Of a DNA stretch of 34,637 nucleotides, positions 1 to 8,033 are shown piece by piece. The notes below the pieces were generated by a model. That model made no database searches and was not told the DNA's origin. It worked only from the letters and a program-made list of their open reading frames with translations. A program made the translations under genes and the position numbers. Within the stretch, counting starts at the first letter, position 1; the number at the start of each line of letters is the position of its first letter. The stretch lies in IMG/VR virus record IMGVR_UViG_3300045988_104090; one strand, 5' to 3'. The DNA comes from a virus.

Positions 1-99
1 GAAAAATACCCTCAAGTCTATTATTTTTTACAAATTGCTAGATATACCGGTATGCGATTAAGTGAAGTATATGGCCTAACATGGAATGATATAGACCTA
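1..99. repeat. left copy of the 99-nt terminal overlap (identical to 34539..34637), indicating circular closure
   Basis: Exact identity by direct comparison: gaaaaataccctcaagtc...atggaatgatatagaccta occurs at both window ends. Confidence 0.95.
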
Positions 100-519
100 A
101 AAAATCGCAAAATTTCCGTCAATAAGCAGCTTCAATATGTCAAGGGTGTAATTACCTTTGAGAAAACTAAAACCGCCAATTCGGTACGAATTTTGCCAAT
201 TCCACCTATATTGGTAAATATACTCATGGAATACAAATCACATGAGTTAGAGTTTGAACATGACCTTGTATTAAACCCATATAAAAAGAATGGGGTTAAA
301 TGTCAAATCAATACATATATAAAACAATTCGGAGATAATCTATCAGCACATAGCCTTAGACATACCTATGCTACAAAGCTATTAGCGAATGGCTTAGATG
401 TGAAAACAGTATCATCATTACTCGGCGATACACCGGCAATGGTGATGAAAACATACTTGCATTTTAGTAGCGAGATGAAAGCAGCGGCATCAAATGCAGT
501 TGCTAATATTTTTGGTTAA
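1..519 (+). CDS. int: tyrosine recombinase / phage integrase, C-terminal catalytic part (continuation of 33987..34637 across the circular junction)
   Basis: Frame 1 is open from nt 1 (EKYPQVYYFLQIARYTGMRLSEV...), and this sequence is identical to the last 99 nt of the window. Catalytic Arg context ARYTGMRLSE, H-x-x-R box HSLRHTYAT and tyrosine context MKTYLHF are present. Stop is TAA at 517-519. Confidence 0.9.
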   Translation, partial: EKYPQVYYFLQIARYTGMRLSEVYGLTWNDIDLKNRKISVNKQLQYVKGVITFEKTKTANSVRILPIPPILVNILMEYKSHELEFEHDLVLNPYKKNGVKCQINTYIKQFGDNLSAHSLRHTYATKLLANGLDVKTVSSLLGDTPAMVMKTYLHFSSEMKAAASNAVANIFG

Positions 520-746
520 AAAATTTGACGATTTTTGACGAATTGAATATTCAACTATTAAAAGATACAGTAATTAAGCACTTTTTTAAACTTACATTCT
601 TAACAATCATAAAAGGGTATATCAGTTTAAAATATTTCATATTTCAAAATAACTTGTAATAATCAAAGTTTTTCATTATGGCCATTTAAAACAAATTACA
701 GAATATATCATATTTCAAAATGTTTTTTTGACGATTTTTTGACGGC
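520..746. other. attP-like region with two pairs of direct repeats (candidate arm-type integrase binding sites)
   Basis: TTGACGATTTTTGACG at 525-540 recurs at 728-744 with one extra T. AATAT(T/A)TCATATTTCAAAAT occurs at 631-650 and 702-721. The region is non-coding, AT-rich and lies immediately 3' of int. Confidence 0.5.
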
Positions 747-784
747 AATAAAAAAAGAGGGGTACCGCTATGGTACCCCTTTTA
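747..784. terminator. bidirectional rho-independent terminator
   Basis: Perfect 9-bp stem AGGGGTACC (758-766) / GGTACCCCT (772-780) with a 5-nt loop. It is flanked by an A-run (747-757) and TTT(T), so a U-tract follows the stem on either strand. Confidence 0.8.
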
Positions 785-787
785 CTA

Positions 788-949
788 TTAATCTAATTCA
801 ACAAGGCGTTTCAATTCGCCATTTACAAACCACATTTCACACCGCACGTTGTTTTTATCTGTCAATGTAGCCGTATATAATCCATCTTGTTTTGGGTTGA
901 TTTCTTCTGCGAATTCGTGAACTTTGCCTTCAAATGTAAATGTTTTCAT
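788..949 (-). CDS. 53-aa hypothetical protein (terminal moron next to attP)
   Basis: Below the ORF-track length cutoff. ATG at 949 is preceded by AAAAGGAG at about 8 nt spacing. Translation is MKTFTFEGKVHEFAEEINPKQDGLYTATLTDKNNVRCEMWFVNGELKRLVELD, with TAA at 788-790. It is bracketed by two terminators. Confidence 0.6.
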   Translation of the reverse strand: MKTFTFEGKVHEFAEEINPKQDGLYTATLTDKNNVRCEMWFVNGELKRLVELD

Positions 950-970
950 ATAGTTTACTCCTTTTTAATT

Positions 971-1001
971 AAAAAAAACGGTATGCCGTGAACCGCACGG
1001 C
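971..1001 (-). terminator. putative rho-independent terminator after the 190-aa gene
   Basis: Stem GCCGTG (985-990) / CACGGC (996-1001). On the minus strand it is followed, after 6 nt, by a T8 run (the plus-strand A8 at 971-978). Confidence 0.5.
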
Positions 1002-1018
1002 TCGGAGATATGGATCAC

Positions 1019-1591
1019 CTACCATTTCGCAAATGTATATAAAGCGCTGGCCCCTTTGAAGTGCTTACCTTCAAAATGTGCTAGACTTTGAAAGTCGCCA
1101 GCTTGATAACCGATTGTTTCGTATACCTTCCCTGTGTCCATTACAGTAACACCACCCATAATACGATGTACTTTATTAAAGTTGATTTTATATACATCAA
1201 CTTTTTGCTCATCTGTATTTTCTACAACTGCCGTTCTATCGCTTTTTTCTATAGCTTCCTTTGGAACGCTAGGCGATTTTTCTTTAATAGCGTTTTTCGT
1301 AACTACTGTCGCATCATGTAGCGTTGGCGCCTTAGTATAGTATGTTGCTACTGGTTGTGCCGTTTCCCTGTATGCAATAATTTCCTTTGCTACCTTTGGC
1401 GTTACATTTAAGGCTTCCCCTAATTTCTGTGGGTTCTTTACGATTTCTTGGTTCAAAAGTACAGGCTCTTGTAGTTTCTTAGTATGCATCACGTTATAGG
1501 CGAATAAACCAGCAACCACCACCAATAGCATAAGTAATGCCACGGTGATAACTGGTAAATACGCCTTTATGAATTGCTTGATAGTATCCAT
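1019..1591 (-). CDS. N-terminally membrane-anchored protein in the lysis cassette (possible spanin-like or lysis accessory protein)
   Basis: A single N-terminal TM segment (LPVITVALLMLLVVVAGLFAY) is followed by a soluble domain. The gene lies directly downstream of the endolysin, with RBS AGGGGG. Stop codon is TAG. Confidence 0.4.
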   Translation of the reverse strand: MDTIKQFIKAYLPVITVALLMLLVVVAGLFAYNVMHTKKLQEPVLLNQEIVKNPQKLGEALNVTPKVAKEIIAYRETAQPVATYYTKAPTLHDATVVTKNAIKEKSPSVPKEAIEKSDRTAVVENTDEQKVDVYKINFNKVHRIMGGVTVMDTGKVYETIGYQAGDFQSLAHFEGKHFKGASALYTFAKW

Positions 1592-1601
1592 ACAATACCC
1601 C

Positions 1602-2198
1602 CTAAATAGGCCAGTTCAATGCCAAATCCGCATCAAATTCCTTGCCTTCAATGTTTTCGGTAAATGTATATTGCCATAGATTGGCTCTGTCATAATCACA
1701 TTGGATATTAAGTTGTGCGCACCAGATAGCGCAACCACCTAATTGACTAACGTCTAATACATTCACTAGCCAGTCATAACTAGCGTATAGGCCTGTATTT
1801 CCGTATCCAGCTTGCCACAACTTATTGATGAACACGCTACATATATTGGTTAATTGTTGGCCAGTTGGCATGCCACGATCCGCCTTGTAATCGTCCGCAT
1901 CTTCCATATCGAACCATACACCCATAGGCAACTTATCAATAGTTAAGCCGGCATCGTTCAATGTATTAATTACGAATTCCGCTTCATCTGCCGCATGTTC
2001 TTCATTCATAGCGTAGGAATAATGATATACACCAATCGCCAAACCGGCATTAATTGCGCCGTTGATATTGTTATAGAATTCACTATCTAAATTACCTCTG
2101 CCATAACCGATGCGGATAATAGCGAAGTCAAAGCCATTAGCCTTGACCGCTCCCCAATCCACTACGCCGTTATTTTCGCTTACATCAATACCCCTCAT
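1602..2198 (-). CDS. GH25 muramidase endolysin (catalytic domain only, no cell-wall-binding domain)
   Basis: N-terminal MRGIDVSENNGVVDWGAVKANGFDFAIIRIGYG and later WFDMED are typical of Glyco_hydro_25 lysozymes. The gene is adjacent to the holin. Stop codon is TAG. Confidence 0.85.
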   Translation of the reverse strand: MRGIDVSENNGVVDWGAVKANGFDFAIIRIGYGRGNLDSEFYNNINGAINAGLAIGVYHYSYAMNEEHAADEAEFVINTLNDAGLTIDKLPMGVWFDMEDADDYKADRGMPTGQQLTNICSVFINKLWQAGYGNTGLYASYDWLVNVLDVSQLGGCAIWCAQLNIQCDYDRANLWQYTFTENIEGKEFDADLALNWPI

Positions 2199-2206
2199 GT
2201 TTCACC

Positions 2207-2740
2207 TCATAATTTAACCTTATTTTCAATTTTGGTTCTAATTAAATCTAAAAACTTCCCCATAGATACGTTGCCGCCGTCTCTTAGGTTTTCAAGAATA
2301 GATAAAAATTCGGACGAGCCTAGATATAGCCATACCAGCGATACGGCGAATTGTCTTTGACCGCTCATTTCATCAAATAAAATAGCGGCTATTGTAGCCG
2401 CTACATATGTCATTACCTTACCTATAAACCCTTTTCGCATATATTTAGATGCTATGAGTTGTTTTTCAAATGCTATTGGTATGGCCCGGTATTTTTCCCA
2501 CGTGGCGATTTTCTCCGGATCATATCCGAATTCATCAACTAACATTTTGTAAGCGATGCTTGCCCACTTTGTGAGCAAGTCTACGAATACCAATAAAATA
2601 AACACGCCCAATATTTGAACGTGTTTTAAACCAATCACCCATATAGCCAACGCAGCAACGCTGCTCAATATTGTTTTTAAGATAAAGCTACTTGTAAGAG
2701 AATTCCAACTATCAATCAAGAAATCTAACACTATTTGCAT
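2207..2740 (-). CDS. holin (multi-TM, phage_holin_4 / toxin-secretion holin-like)
   Basis: Several hydrophobic segments, the C-terminal motif SSEFLSILENLRDGG, and a position immediately upstream of the endolysin. Confidence 0.7.
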   Translation of the reverse strand: MQIVLDFLIDSWNSLTSSFILKTILSSVAALAIWVIGLKHVQILGVFILLVFVDLLTKWASIAYKMLVDEFGYDPEKIATWEKYRAIPIAFEKQLIASKYMRKGFIGKVMTYVAATIAAILFDEMSGQRQFAVSLVWLYLGSSEFLSILENLRDGGNVSMGKFLDLIRTKIENKVKL

Positions 2741-2742
2741 TA

Positions 2743-3891
2743 TTACTCCTTTATAATCCCTAAGCCATATACCCCTCTTGCTACATTGGCTTTTTGAATA
2801 TTTAGTTTGTCTAACTTTTCCCTCTTTGTATCGCTAGACATGGTTTCGCTATCAATAATTTTCTTCGATGCTTTATTAATAGCCTTAAATGAATTTTGTG
2901 CATTTTTCAACTTATTGTATAACTTAGGGTCATAGCCTTCCGGTCTCTGCCCTGTAAGTTTTAGTTCATTATGTAGTTTTTCTTGTTCCTTAAAGTCGTC
3001 ATAGACACGTTGTACGCTATCGCTACTTTGATATGGTTTAGCGAAGAAACGGCGTATTTCTGGTAACTCTGTTACGCCTTTTGTAGGGCGTTTTTCGTTT
3101 GCACCACTAATAGCATCCGTTATGTCTAACCCTAGTCGAGCAAGGTTGCCACCATACCCCATAATCGTATTATCTACCTTATATGGTGATACGTTAAATG
3201 TGTCGCCAATTTTACGAGCCACCATAGATGTATTAGATCCGTACTGTAGTTTATCCGGTAATTTCTCTTGGGATTGAGGGACAATGTTTCTTTGTCTGAA
3301 TTTAGAATAATTGCTCCACCATTCCCAAATCGGAGACAAAGCCGTAGGCAATATATCCGGCAATAGTGTATCGATCGTTCTGTCGCCTAAACCTTTAAAA
3401 CCGACTCCATTTCTGCCTGTTGATTTATCGTCAAAATACTGTAACATACGTTCAAATGTAGTGCCGTATAACAACCCTAATTCAAACGGCTTAGGTATTT
3501 TTATAAATTTATCACCAGCTGGAATATGGAAGAATGTATCCTTTTCCCATTGCGGTAACTCTTGATATGCGGTGTTATCTTTATTCAAATACCATAATGC
3601 GATTGTAGGTAACGTGATAAACAAAGTAGATTTAATTGTCATACCTTTCGGATCATCACGCCATGCACGCACTAATTTGTCGCCACCTTGGACAGTCGCA
3701 TTAAAGAACGCTACAACTTTATTTGCAGTCTTAGTATGTGTACCGGTACGGCTGAAATCAATCGTAATATCACGGCTTGCAATAGATGCTTCGCCTAGTG
3801 ATTTAGGGTTTAAATTGGTTTTTGTTAAACGGCTATATAACCCTGTATACCCTTTTCTAGCATTGCTAAATTCGCCTAAACGGGTAGCCAC
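2743..3891 (-). CDS. 382-aa virion or ejection protein module, in frame with and probably functionally continuous with the upstream polyvalent protein
   Basis: The only possible start is GTG at 3891, because the next Met is codon 84. It is in the same reading frame as 3904..8016 and is separated from it by TAG plus 4 codons. Confidence 0.6.
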   Translation of the reverse strand: MATRLGEFSNARKGYTGLYSRLTKTNLNPKSLGEASIASRDITIDFSRTGTHTKTANKVVAFFNATVQGGDKLVRAWRDDPKGMTIKSTLFITLPTIALWYLNKDNTAYQELPQWEKDTFFHIPAGDKFIKIPKPFELGLLYGTTFERMLQYFDDKSTGRNGVGFKGLGDRTIDTLLPDILPTALSPIWEWWSNYSKFRQRNIVPQSQEKLPDKLQYGSNTSMVARKIGDTFNVSPYKVDNTIMGYGGNLARLGLDITDAISGANEKRPTKGVTELPEIRRFFAKPYQSSDSVQRVYDDFKEQEKLHNELKLTGQRPEGYDPKLYNKLKNAQNSFKAINKASKKIIDSETMSSDTKREKLDKLNIQKANVARGVYGLGIIKE

Positions 3892-3903
3892 TTCCGTTGC
3901 TTC

Positions 3904-6900
3904 CTATATAGCGCGCAACACTTCTATAGGATTTCTTACAACTTTTGACAATGTGGACTTACGAGAAAATAATTCTCTTAAATGTCCGCTCAAATAGTCT
4001 CGATCAAGGCTTACCATAGCAGCATGAGCGCCACCACTTTTGACATAATCCCAATATAATTGGTCTTTCTTTAAGAAATGCGCTAACCCTTTAAATGTAT
4101 CAACTACAGGTAAAAAACCATGTTTAGAGAATACACCGGCTGAAATGGTATCGCGCAAGGCGTTTGTGATAGCAAAGCCAGCAGTAACAGTAGAACCAGC
4201 ACGTAACCAACTAGCCGGATACTGCAATATTTTTGTTATAAAATTGCTTGTATCCTTATTCATCATTTTCATTGCTTGCGCTAATTCTGGAGTTGTTTCA
4301 TATACAACTTTTTTCCCTTTAACCCAAACAGAAAATGTATTGTCAGTAGATTTTGCTGGTCTATCACCTCTGACCTCTTCGACAATAGTTCCTATGCCCG
4401 GTTTCTTTGCTAACTTGGCAAATGTAACGCCCACGTGATTTCGTTCGATTGCATTGTAGAATTGGTATGTATTTTTTACGATACTTTCTAACGGATCAAT
4501 AATATCACGTGTACTACCTTTGAACCGCTTAATAGGATTAGCTACATTAACAAACCCTTTTGAACTAGAAAAGAACCCATCCATACTCTCTGCCGAGAAA
4601 TCACGGAAAAACGGAACGTAGTTAGGGTATTTATATCGCAATAAATGGTATGTTTCCGGTTTCAATATCCCATTATTCACGAGTTCAGCAAGTATATAAT
4701 CTTGAAAACGGTGAATATCTTTAGCAGCACTTTTGAATGTAGGATTTTTTTCGTACTGACTAACGGCCGCTAAATCTTCTTTTAGTGTAAATGTAGCCAT
4801 TTGGCCGTTACGGTGTAGGTCTAAATCATGTAGCGCCACAAGATAAGCACTAAAGTCTTTATGTTCTTTTTGAGGTATATCTTTAATAATATCCTCAAAT
4901 GAACGAATGCCTTTTTCTGGTCTCCCTCGCTTAATAAATTCTTCTGCTTTGCCTACCCATCCACGAGACAACCACGCTTGCATAAATGGATTATCTTTAA
5001 ACGCTACTTTTTCACCTGTGATATGTTCCACTTCCTCAACCATTTCACGCAACGGATTAAGTTCATCAATAGCTTTTGTATAGACATCACTCGCTACGCG
5101 TTTAATGGTATCTTTAATGTTGCCGTCTTTAGCATCCGTAATAATACGTTCTGCTTTAGAGGTACGCTCAAAAGAAATAGAACCTTTGATACGGTCAGCA
5201 CTCGATTGGTTAAACCATTTATGAGTAACATTAGATAGTTTATCAACAGCCGCGTTAAGTTCCTTATCATTTTTAATGGTTTCTTTGAAATAATTATAAA
5301 AGGTAGGAAATAATTTTTTTGCTCTCGCTCTATCTCCAATATAATCATTAAAAAATTCGGCAAACCCTTCTTGTCGTATACCTTGTCTATTCAAATGATT
5401 ATACGCATTACCAAACCGTTGTCGTACTTGGCCTAATAAATCTTTATCAATAGCGGCTTGTAACCCTATCGAACTATGTTCATCACTAAATCCATATAAA
5501 TTATCAATGTGATGCCCTAATTCATGAGATAGTGTGCGGATATCACCCCAATTCCCAGACCGGATAACCTGAGTTTTTGTATTATACCAACCCATGGCAC
5601 CTTTTTTGCCTAATCGTCCGGATTTCACTCTTTGGTCGAATAAATTATTAATAGTATCAATAATTTCTTTTCGTGACACATTGCGCCCAAGGTCTTTTAC
5701 TTCACCGGCCCCTCTCCCCTCAGCCTGTTCTAATGGGTTCATACTGTATTGTAAATTGCTATCTACAACATTAGATTTTTTTACACCTTTACTTTCCAAA
5801 TAGCGGTTTGCCATTGCTTCGTTACCGTCAAATGCTTTTACAACTGCATCGTGTACTTGCTCATGCGTTGCATGATCTAGTAATTGGCTAGGCTGCTTAG
5901 CATATTGACTCATGCCACCTTCTGCCGGTTCCGCTTGTAACATTTTAAGTTCTTGCGTATCGGTGATTAATTCGGCAGCACGATCACGGCGAACTGTTTC
6001 CATATATTCATGGTTCAAACTTTCAACCGGTACGTCTAGGATTTCAGATAATCTTGCCTTAACCGCATCAAGTTCCGTTTTAGGAATATCCGGCTTAGTT
6101 GCTTTGTTTAAATCTTTCAAGATTTCTGTATTAGAATGAACTTTATTTTCTAATTCGGTCAATCGTGTTTCAGATGCATCATTTTTAACAACGTCTTTTA
6201 ACTCGTTGACGATTGTTTCACGTGCTTTTAGTGGTAATTCATCAATCGCATTTTTCAAACTTACGTTTGGTGCATCTTCTTCATAACGAAATCTACTATT
6301 TGCATCATTTTCAAGTGCTTTTTCTTCAAATTTAGGCTTTTCGCCTTCTACAAAGTCAGTATTTACGCGGTCTTTAGGCTGAAATTCGTTTATTTCGCCT
6401 GTACGAGCCGTTTCACTTTCGCCTTGATAGTTTATACCTAAATCATCGTTTTTAACCGATTTCTTTTCGGTATTTTCAACGAAACTGTTTAAATTTGTAT
6501 GCGGTTCTTCTCCTTTTACTGCATCACGTTCTATGAACTCATCTCTAAATGGTTCTTCATGTGATACTCTGTTAGGATCTAAGCTACTATCTTTAAATGT
6601 ATCACGTGGCCCATTTTCATAGCTACCATAATTGCCTTTAAATGTATCTTCCGCAATTTCCGCACGAACATTATCACGTGCAACTGCTGGGTCTGGTCTT
6701 TCGTAATATTCACGAATGATTTTTGCCATTTCCGCCGGTGTTGCATCTGGATGCGCACGCATTGCTTCAAGTGCGGCACTTTCGGTGTTATGCAATTCCC
6801 ATACGCTGAAATCGACCTGTGTTCTCCAGTCCCACGGATCTAACCCACGATTTTCGGCAAATTTCAATAAACCGTTTTCGCCGTTCAATCTATCCCCAGT

Positions 6901-8016
6901 AAATTGAACCAAACCACGGGAGCCGTAGCCGTCGCCACTTGTAACTGTTGTACTAAAACTACTTTCAGCGCCAATATTACCAGTCATGCCGGCCGCTTCA
7001 ACATCGCTCAATCCATTCATGCGATAACGGTTATACACGTCAGCTTGGATATTGCCTGTTTCGCCTTCCATTGCTTGTCCATTCAAACCGCCTTCGGAAT
7101 ATTCGCGAGGTTCTACTGCGTTTACCTCTTCCGGTACTGGAATATCATCAAAAGCATTATACATAACGCTTTCCTCGAATTTAGGTTCATTTTTGGTAAA
7201 TCGTTCCCCAATATCCTCAAATGCATTCGTTGCCTTTTCTTTGATATGTTCACCAACACGCCACACACGTTCGCCGATTGCGCCAGATACTTTTTTAGGT
7301 GTTGCACCTTTTACCATCGCAGCCGGCAAAAATACATCATCCCACAAGTTAGTAGGATTCATAGCTATATTTTGTGCAAATTCACCGGGGTTGTCAATTA
7401 AGTGTTCTACTGGATTAGCAACAGGGTCTACTAAAACGTTTTTAGCCGTGGCTACATATTTATTCCCTAAAAGTCCGTCTGGTGCCGTTCCTTCGTTTTC
7501 TGCGGCTGCATTGGCGTTATACATCTCCGCCGTATCATTTGCAACCATAGGCGCAGCAAGGACGCCCGCAGCTATTCGCACCTGTGGTGGAACATACGGA
7601 GTAACTGCTAGATATCCAGCTGGTTTACCAACTGCGGCGTTATATGCATCCGCTCGCGCTTTATCTAACCCCGGTGAAGCATATTCATTAATAAACTCCC
7701 CATTATCATCAAATGCAGAAAAGTGGTCGCCATTAGCATCAATTGCATTAGCGGCGCTTCTTGCATATTCTTTGTTTAGATTATTGATTTTGTTTAATGC
7801 ATCATCTTTCCATGCTGTTAAGGTATTTCCTACATTGTCATTGATTTCTTTTCCTGTCTTATCAATCCATTCAATATTATTTTTAACGCCATCCCAAAAT
7901 GTAGGCTTGGGCGCGTTGCCTACATCATAACCATATTCGGTTGTAATATCTTCAAAGGCATTGTTATTCCCAACCGCCTTGCCATATTGGCTTGTAATAT
8001 CATCAAACGCACCCAT
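3904..8016 (-). CDS. 1370-aa polyvalent internal virion / ejection protein with a lysozyme-like domain and an HExxH metallopeptidase-like domain
   Basis: GNIGAESSFS...GSRGLVQFTG (residues about 346-374) resembles the phage tail lysozyme motif GNxxxES...GxxQW. LSHELGHHID (HELGH = residues 831-835, nt 5512-5526) is a zinc-protease motif. RBS AAGAGGT precedes the start. The gene sits where podovirus ejection proteins are found. Confidence 0.75.
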   Translation of the reverse strand: MGAFDDITSQYGKAVGNNNAFEDITTEYGYDVGNAPKPTFWDGVKNNIEWIDKTGKEINDNVGNTLTAWKDDALNKINNLNKEYARSAANAIDANGDHFSAFDDNGEFINEYASPGLDKARADAYNAAVGKPAGYLAVTPYVPPQVRIAAGVLAAPMVANDTAEMYNANAAAENEGTAPDGLLGNKYVATAKNVLVDPVANPVEHLIDNPGEFAQNIAMNPTNLWDDVFLPAAMVKGATPKKVSGAIGERVWRVGEHIKEKATNAFEDIGERFTKNEPKFEESVMYNAFDDIPVPEEVNAVEPREYSEGGLNGQAMEGETGNIQADVYNRYRMNGLSDVEAAGMTGNIGAESSFSTTVTSGDGYGSRGLVQFTGDRLNGENGLLKFAENRGLDPWDWRTQVDFSVWELHNTESAALEAMRAHPDATPAEMAKIIREYYERPDPAVARDNVRAEIAEDTFKGNYGSYENGPRDTFKDSSLDPNRVSHEEPFRDEFIERDAVKGEEPHTNLNSFVENTEKKSVKNDDLGINYQGESETARTGEINEFQPKDRVNTDFVEGEKPKFEEKALENDANSRFRYEEDAPNVSLKNAIDELPLKARETIVNELKDVVKNDASETRLTELENKVHSNTEILKDLNKATKPDIPKTELDAVKARLSEILDVPVESLNHEYMETVRRDRAAELITDTQELKMLQAEPAEGGMSQYAKQPSQLLDHATHEQVHDAVVKAFDGNEAMANRYLESKGVKKSNVVDSNLQYSMNPLEQAEGRGAGEVKDLGRNVSRKEIIDTINNLFDQRVKSGRLGKKGAMGWYNTKTQVIRSGNWGDIRTLSHELGHHIDNLYGFSDEHSSIGLQAAIDKDLLGQVRQRFGNAYNHLNRQGIRQEGFAEFFNDYIGDRARAKKLFPTFYNYFKETIKNDKELNAAVDKLSNVTHKWFNQSSADRIKGSISFERTSKAERIITDAKDGNIKDTIKRVASDVYTKAIDELNPLREMVEEVEHITGEKVAFKDNPFMQAWLSRGWVGKAEEFIKRGRPEKGIRSFEDIIKDIPQKEHKDFSAYLVALHDLDLHRNGQMATFTLKEDLAAVSQYEKNPTFKSAAKDIHRFQDYILAELVNNGILKPETYHLLRYKYPNYVPFFRDFSAESMDGFFSSSKGFVNVANPIKRFKGSTRDIIDPLESIVKNTYQFYNAIERNHVGVTFAKLAKKPGIGTIVEEVRGDRPAKSTDNTFSVWVKGKKVVYETTPELAQAMKMMNKDTSNFITKILQYPASWLRAGSTVTAGFAITNALRDTISAGVFSKHGFLPVVDTFKGLAHFLKKDQLYWDYVKSGGAHAAMVSLDRDYLSGHLRELFSRKSTLSKVVRNPIEVLRAI

Positions 8017-8033
8017 AATTTACCTCTTTATGT

